64,000 nt of DNA, from NCBI RefSeq assembly GCF_047607185.1, contig NZ_JASGDQ010000086.1, positions 28,478 to 92,477 on the forward strand, written 5' to 3'. The number at the start of each line of letters is the position of its first letter. The stretch's first letter is position 1. The notes below the pieces were generated by a model that was not told the DNA's origin, searched no databases, and saw nothing but the letters and a program-made list of their open reading frames with translations. Shown here in pieces: positions 59,255-64,000 of this stretch. A program made the position numbers and the translations under genes. Origin of the DNA: Nocardioides sp. (GTDB lineage: Bacteria > Actinomycetota > Actinomycetes > Propionibacteriales > Nocardioidaceae).

Positions 59255-60844
59255 TCAGCGCTCGTGGACGAGCTCGCCGGCGAACCAGGTCTGCGCCACC
59301 TGCCGGCTCGGGAGCTGCTCGATCGGCTCGGCGAAGATGTCACCGTCGAGCACGACGAAGTCGGCCGAGCGGCCGGGCCGGAGCACGCCGGTCACGTCGT
59401 CGACACCGATCGCCTCGGCTCCGTTCCGGGTGAAGACGGCGATCGCCTCCGGCAAGGTCAGCGCCTGCTCGGGCCACAGCCGGCCGGCTCGCTCACCGGT
59501 CGGGTCGGCCCGGGTCACCAGGCCGTAGATCGCGTGGAGCGCGTTCGGTGAGTCGCTCACCGGCCAGTCCGAGCCCGCGCAGATCAGCACTCCGGCGTCC
59601 CATAGCGCCCGGTTGGGATGGAGCCGCGCGGCACGCTCGGCGGGCAGCACCGTGCCCAGTGCCTCCGGGATCACGCCCGGGAACCAGACGTACGGCGAGA
59701 TCTCGGCGCTCACGCCGAGCGCGGCGAGCCGCGCGATGTCGCCGTCCTCGACGTACTGGCCGTGGGCGATGTGGAAGCGCGGCCGCGAGTGTCCCTCGCC
59801 GCGGACCGCCTCGATCGCGTCGAGCGTTGCCCGCACCGCCGCGTCGCCGGTGCAGTGCACCTTCACCGAGATGTCGGCCGCCGCCAGCTCGCGCAGCCAG
59901 GAGACCAGCTCCTCCTGGGACATCGTCAACTCGCCTCGCTGGTCGGCCTGCCCCGGCGCGCCGAGATAGGGCTCGAGGAAGGCGGCCGTGCGCATCGGCG
60001 GGATGCCGTCGAGGAAGATCTTGGCGAAGGTCGGCCGGTGGTGGCGGCTCGCGGTCGTCGTACGGGCGTGGAGAAGGTCCCAGCCGATCGGGTCGGCGCC
60101 GAACAGCGGGTCGTTGGCCAGCGCGCAGGTCACCACCCAGGCGCGGAGCAGCCCGTCGTCGTCGAGAGCGTGCAGTGCTCTCATCAGCGGCAGCGAGGCG
60201 CCGGCGTCCTGGAAGGCGGTGACGCCGTGGCTGTGGAGCCGGGCGATGGCCGTGAGCGAGGCCCGCGACCACATCTGCGCCGAGCGGCTTCTGGCCGCGG
60301 CGAGCACGCGCTCCACGGCCAGTCCCTCGGCCTCCGCGAGCAGTCCTGAGCCGAGCGATCCGGCACGCCCCGCGGCGCCGAGCGCGGCGCTGTTGACCCA
60401 GCGGTTGTGCAGGCTCTGGTCCCGCAGCACCGTCGGTCGCCCGGCGGTGACCTGATCGAGCAGCACGCGACTCTCCGCCGTGGCGAGCTCGTCCAGGAGC
60501 AGCGGCGACCAGCCGTTGCCGACGATCCACTCCCCGGGTGGGCACTCGGCCGCCTGTGCCGCGACCAGCGCGAGGATCTCCCGGACCCCGCCGGTCACGG
60601 GCAGGGCGATCTCGTACAGCTCGCCCAGCCCCGCCAGCGCATGGTGATTGTGGGCGTCGACGAAGCCGGGCAGGACCAGCCTGCCACCCAGATCGGCGGC
60701 GCCGGCGGTGGTCGCGAGCGGCGGATCCAGCTCCGCGATCACGCCGTCCGCGACCGTGAACGAGCTCGCCCAGGGACGCGCCGGATCGCCGGTGTACACC
60801 CGTGCGTTGACGAACTGGCGCTGACCCTCCTCGCTCCTCATCAC
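59255..60844 (-). CDS. Amidohydrolase 3 family (YtcJ/NfdA-like)
   Basis: PGFVDAHNH, KIFLDG, VHCTGD, HIAH, AGSDWPV, G.SADFVVLD. Confidence 0.92.
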   Translation of the reverse strand: MMRSEEGQRQFVNARVYTGDPARPWASSFTVADGVIAELDPPLATTAGAADLGGRLVLPGFVDAHNHHALAGLGELYEIALPVTGGVREILALVAAQAAECPPGEWIVGNGWSPLLLDELATAESRVLLDQVTAGRPTVLRDQSLHNRWVNSAALGAAGRAGSLGSGLLAEAEGLAVERVLAAARSRSAQMWSRASLTAIARLHSHGVTAFQDAGASLPLMRALHALDDDGLLRAWVVTCALANDPLFGADPIGWDLLHARTTTASRHHRPTFAKIFLDGIPPMRTAAFLEPYLGAPGQADQRGELTMSQEELVSWLRELAAADISVKVHCTGDAAVRATLDAIEAVRGEGHSRPRFHIAHGQYVEDGDIARLAALGVSAEISPYVWFPGVIPEALGTVLPAERAARLHPNRALWDAGVLICAGSDWPVSDSPNALHAIYGLVTRADPTGERAGRLWPEQALTLPEAIAVFTRNGAEAIGVDDVTGVLRPGRSADFVVLDGDIFAEPIEQLPSRQVAQTWFAGELVHER

Positions 60845-60981
60845 GCTCAGGACGGTCCCATCACGGCGCGGAGAGTGCCATAGAGAAATCCTTACTCGAC
60901 CGGTTCCGCCTACCTATTGTGACCGTCGCGAGGGCTCGGCGACGATCACGTCCTGGTTTCCGAATATCGGGCTAGAAGACC

Positions 60982-62642
<1,661 letters not shown>

Positions 62643-62646
<4 letters not shown>

Positions 62647-63872
62647 GAATCGGCTATCGACGCCTCCTCGCGATCTGCTCCGCCGGGGTGGTGCTCGCGG
62701 GGGTGGCCGGCTGCGGCGGTGAGGCCAAGAGCAGCGGCTCGTCCTCGTCGGGCGCCATCGTCCTCGGGGCCAGCCTGCCGTTGAGCGGTTCGCTGGGCCA
62801 GACGGGAATCGACCTCCAGGCCGGCTACCAGCAGGCCGTGGACGAGGTCAACGCCGACGGCGGTCTGACCGTCGACGGCGAGAAGCGCGAGGTCACCTTG
62901 GAGATCCTCGACAACCGCACCGACGCCACCACCGCCACCCAGCAGGTCCGCCAGCTCATCGACGAGAGCGGCGCGACCGCGATCCTCGGCTCCTGCACGC
63001 CGACTCTCGTGGTGCCCCAGGCGCTGGTGGCCGAGCAGCTGCAGGTCCCCTATGTGACCTCCTGCAACCCGGTCCAGTCCTTCACGAGCGGGAACGAGGA
63101 GGGCTGGAAGTACTCCTGGGATCTCTTCTTCGACGAGACCGCGCAGGCGACCGCCGTGGCCGACGGCCTGGCCCAGGCCGACACCAACAAGAAGGTGGCG
63201 CTGTTCACCGACACCGAGCCCGATGGCGTCGCCGAGCGGACGCTCTACCAGGCCGCCTTCGCCGAAGCCGGGCTGACCGTGGTCGGGGACTACACCTTCC
63301 CGGTCGGGACGACCGACTTCTCCTCGTTCATCAACGACGCGAAGAGCGCCGGCGCCGAGATCGTGGTCGGTCAGATGATCCCGCCGGACGGCATCACGCT
63401 GTGGAAGCAGATGAAGGCGCTGAAGTTCAGCCCCAAGGTGGCCTTCGTGTCCAAGGCGGCGGCGAACGCCGAGTGGACCAGCGCCCTGGCCGAGATCGCC
63501 GAGGGCACCCTCACCGACGGTCTGTGGGACCTCACCGCCAACCCGACCGCGAGCCAGGAGATCCTCGACGGCCCGCTGGGCGAGAAGTTCTCCTCCAGCT
63601 TCGCCGACCTGACCATCGCGCTGCTGGGCTACACGGTCGTCCAGATCACCGCCGACGCGATCGAAAGCGCCGGCAGCACCGAGGCGGCCGCCCTGAACAC
63701 GGCCATCGGCGAGACCAACGGCGACTACGCGCTGGGGACGGTCACCTTCGACGACCAGCACACCTACGCCACGAAGTACGTCCTGGAGCAGTGGCAGAGC
63801 GACGTCATGCGCCAGGTCATCCCATCGGTGGACGGCGCCACCCTGCAGGTTCCCGCCGCCGGGCTCCAGTAG
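62643..63872 (+). CDS. LivJ/K-type ABC substrate-binding lipoprotein
   Basis: Lipobox VAGC, LGASLPLSG, AVDEVNADGG, DFSS.I. Confidence 0.92.
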
Positions 63873-63891
63873 GCCCATCCATCTCGGCGGT

Positions 63892-63927
63892 CCGGCGGCG
63901 ATGCTCCCACGAGGACGTCGCCGCCGG
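63892..63927 (+). terminator. Intercistronic stem-loop after the SBP gene
   Basis: CCGGCGGCGAT / GTCGCCGCCGG 11-bp stem. Confidence 0.55.
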
Positions 63928-63956
63928 GCCACCGATCGCACCCAGGAGGTGACGCC

Positions 63957-64000
63957 TTGTACGCGGCCATCATCAACGGCCTATTGATCGGCGGCTTCTA
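63957..64000 (+). CDS. Partial LivH-type permease (N-terminus only)
   Basis: AGGAGG RBS, TTG start, LYAAIINGLLIGGF matches the NG+xxGxxY start of LivH. Confidence 0.75.
   Translation, partial: MYAAIINGLLIGGF

Noticed and set aside
60865-60880. Sigma54-like TGGCAC upstream of the amidohydrolase
   Set aside because: The -12 element is GCGCC instead of TTGC, and sigma54 is generally absent from this lineage.

Overview
High-GC actinobacterial chromosome segment (Nocardioides-like gene content; the taxonomic call is inference). About 53 CDS are supported; no rRNA, tRNA, CRISPR array or IS transposase was recognised. Layout: (1) 1-7.7 kb, competence/housekeeping (comEC, comEA, DegV, small P-loop kinase, leuS). 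(2) 7.8-14.3 kb, stress cluster with four readable regulatory inputs: SigR/SigH-type promoter-thioredoxin-Zn alcohol dehydrogenase; LexA-box promoter plus structured leader-DUF222/HNH nuclease; yybP-ykoY Mn riboswitch-TMEM165/GDT1 exporter; FurA box-furA-katG. (3) 14.4-26.4 kb, a tightly coupled 10-gene signalling operon: TelA, XpaC-like, SpoVK/CbbX-type AAA+, GlnX-like, GlnH-like, unknown, PknG-like kinase, PP2C, vWA, FHA. Kinase, phosphatase and FHA protein share related Cys4 ribbons. (4) 26.4-30 kb, fdhD/fdhF(ydeP) and SRPBCC. (5) 30-50.3 kb, a large sugar/polyol catabolic locus: ABC importer, AraM-like dehydrogenase, two FGGY kinases, HAD-IIA, two GlpD-like oxidoreductases, two SorC regulators, a lipoate-ligase-like gene, and an E1alpha/E1beta complex whose E2 is split into a free lipoyl domain and a free catalytic domain with a class II aldolase between them. 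(6) 50.5-59.2 kb, phaC-phaZ, PucR regulator, acyl-CoA ligase, DUF3556, phytoene-desaturase-like. (7) 59.3-64 kb, amidohydrolase and a Liv-type ABC importer. Best candidates for an undescribed system are the extended PknG operon, the split-E2 sugar-cleaving dehydrogenase locus, and the SOS-controlled HNH gene with its structured leader. All family assignments come from motifs read by eye; no database search was run.
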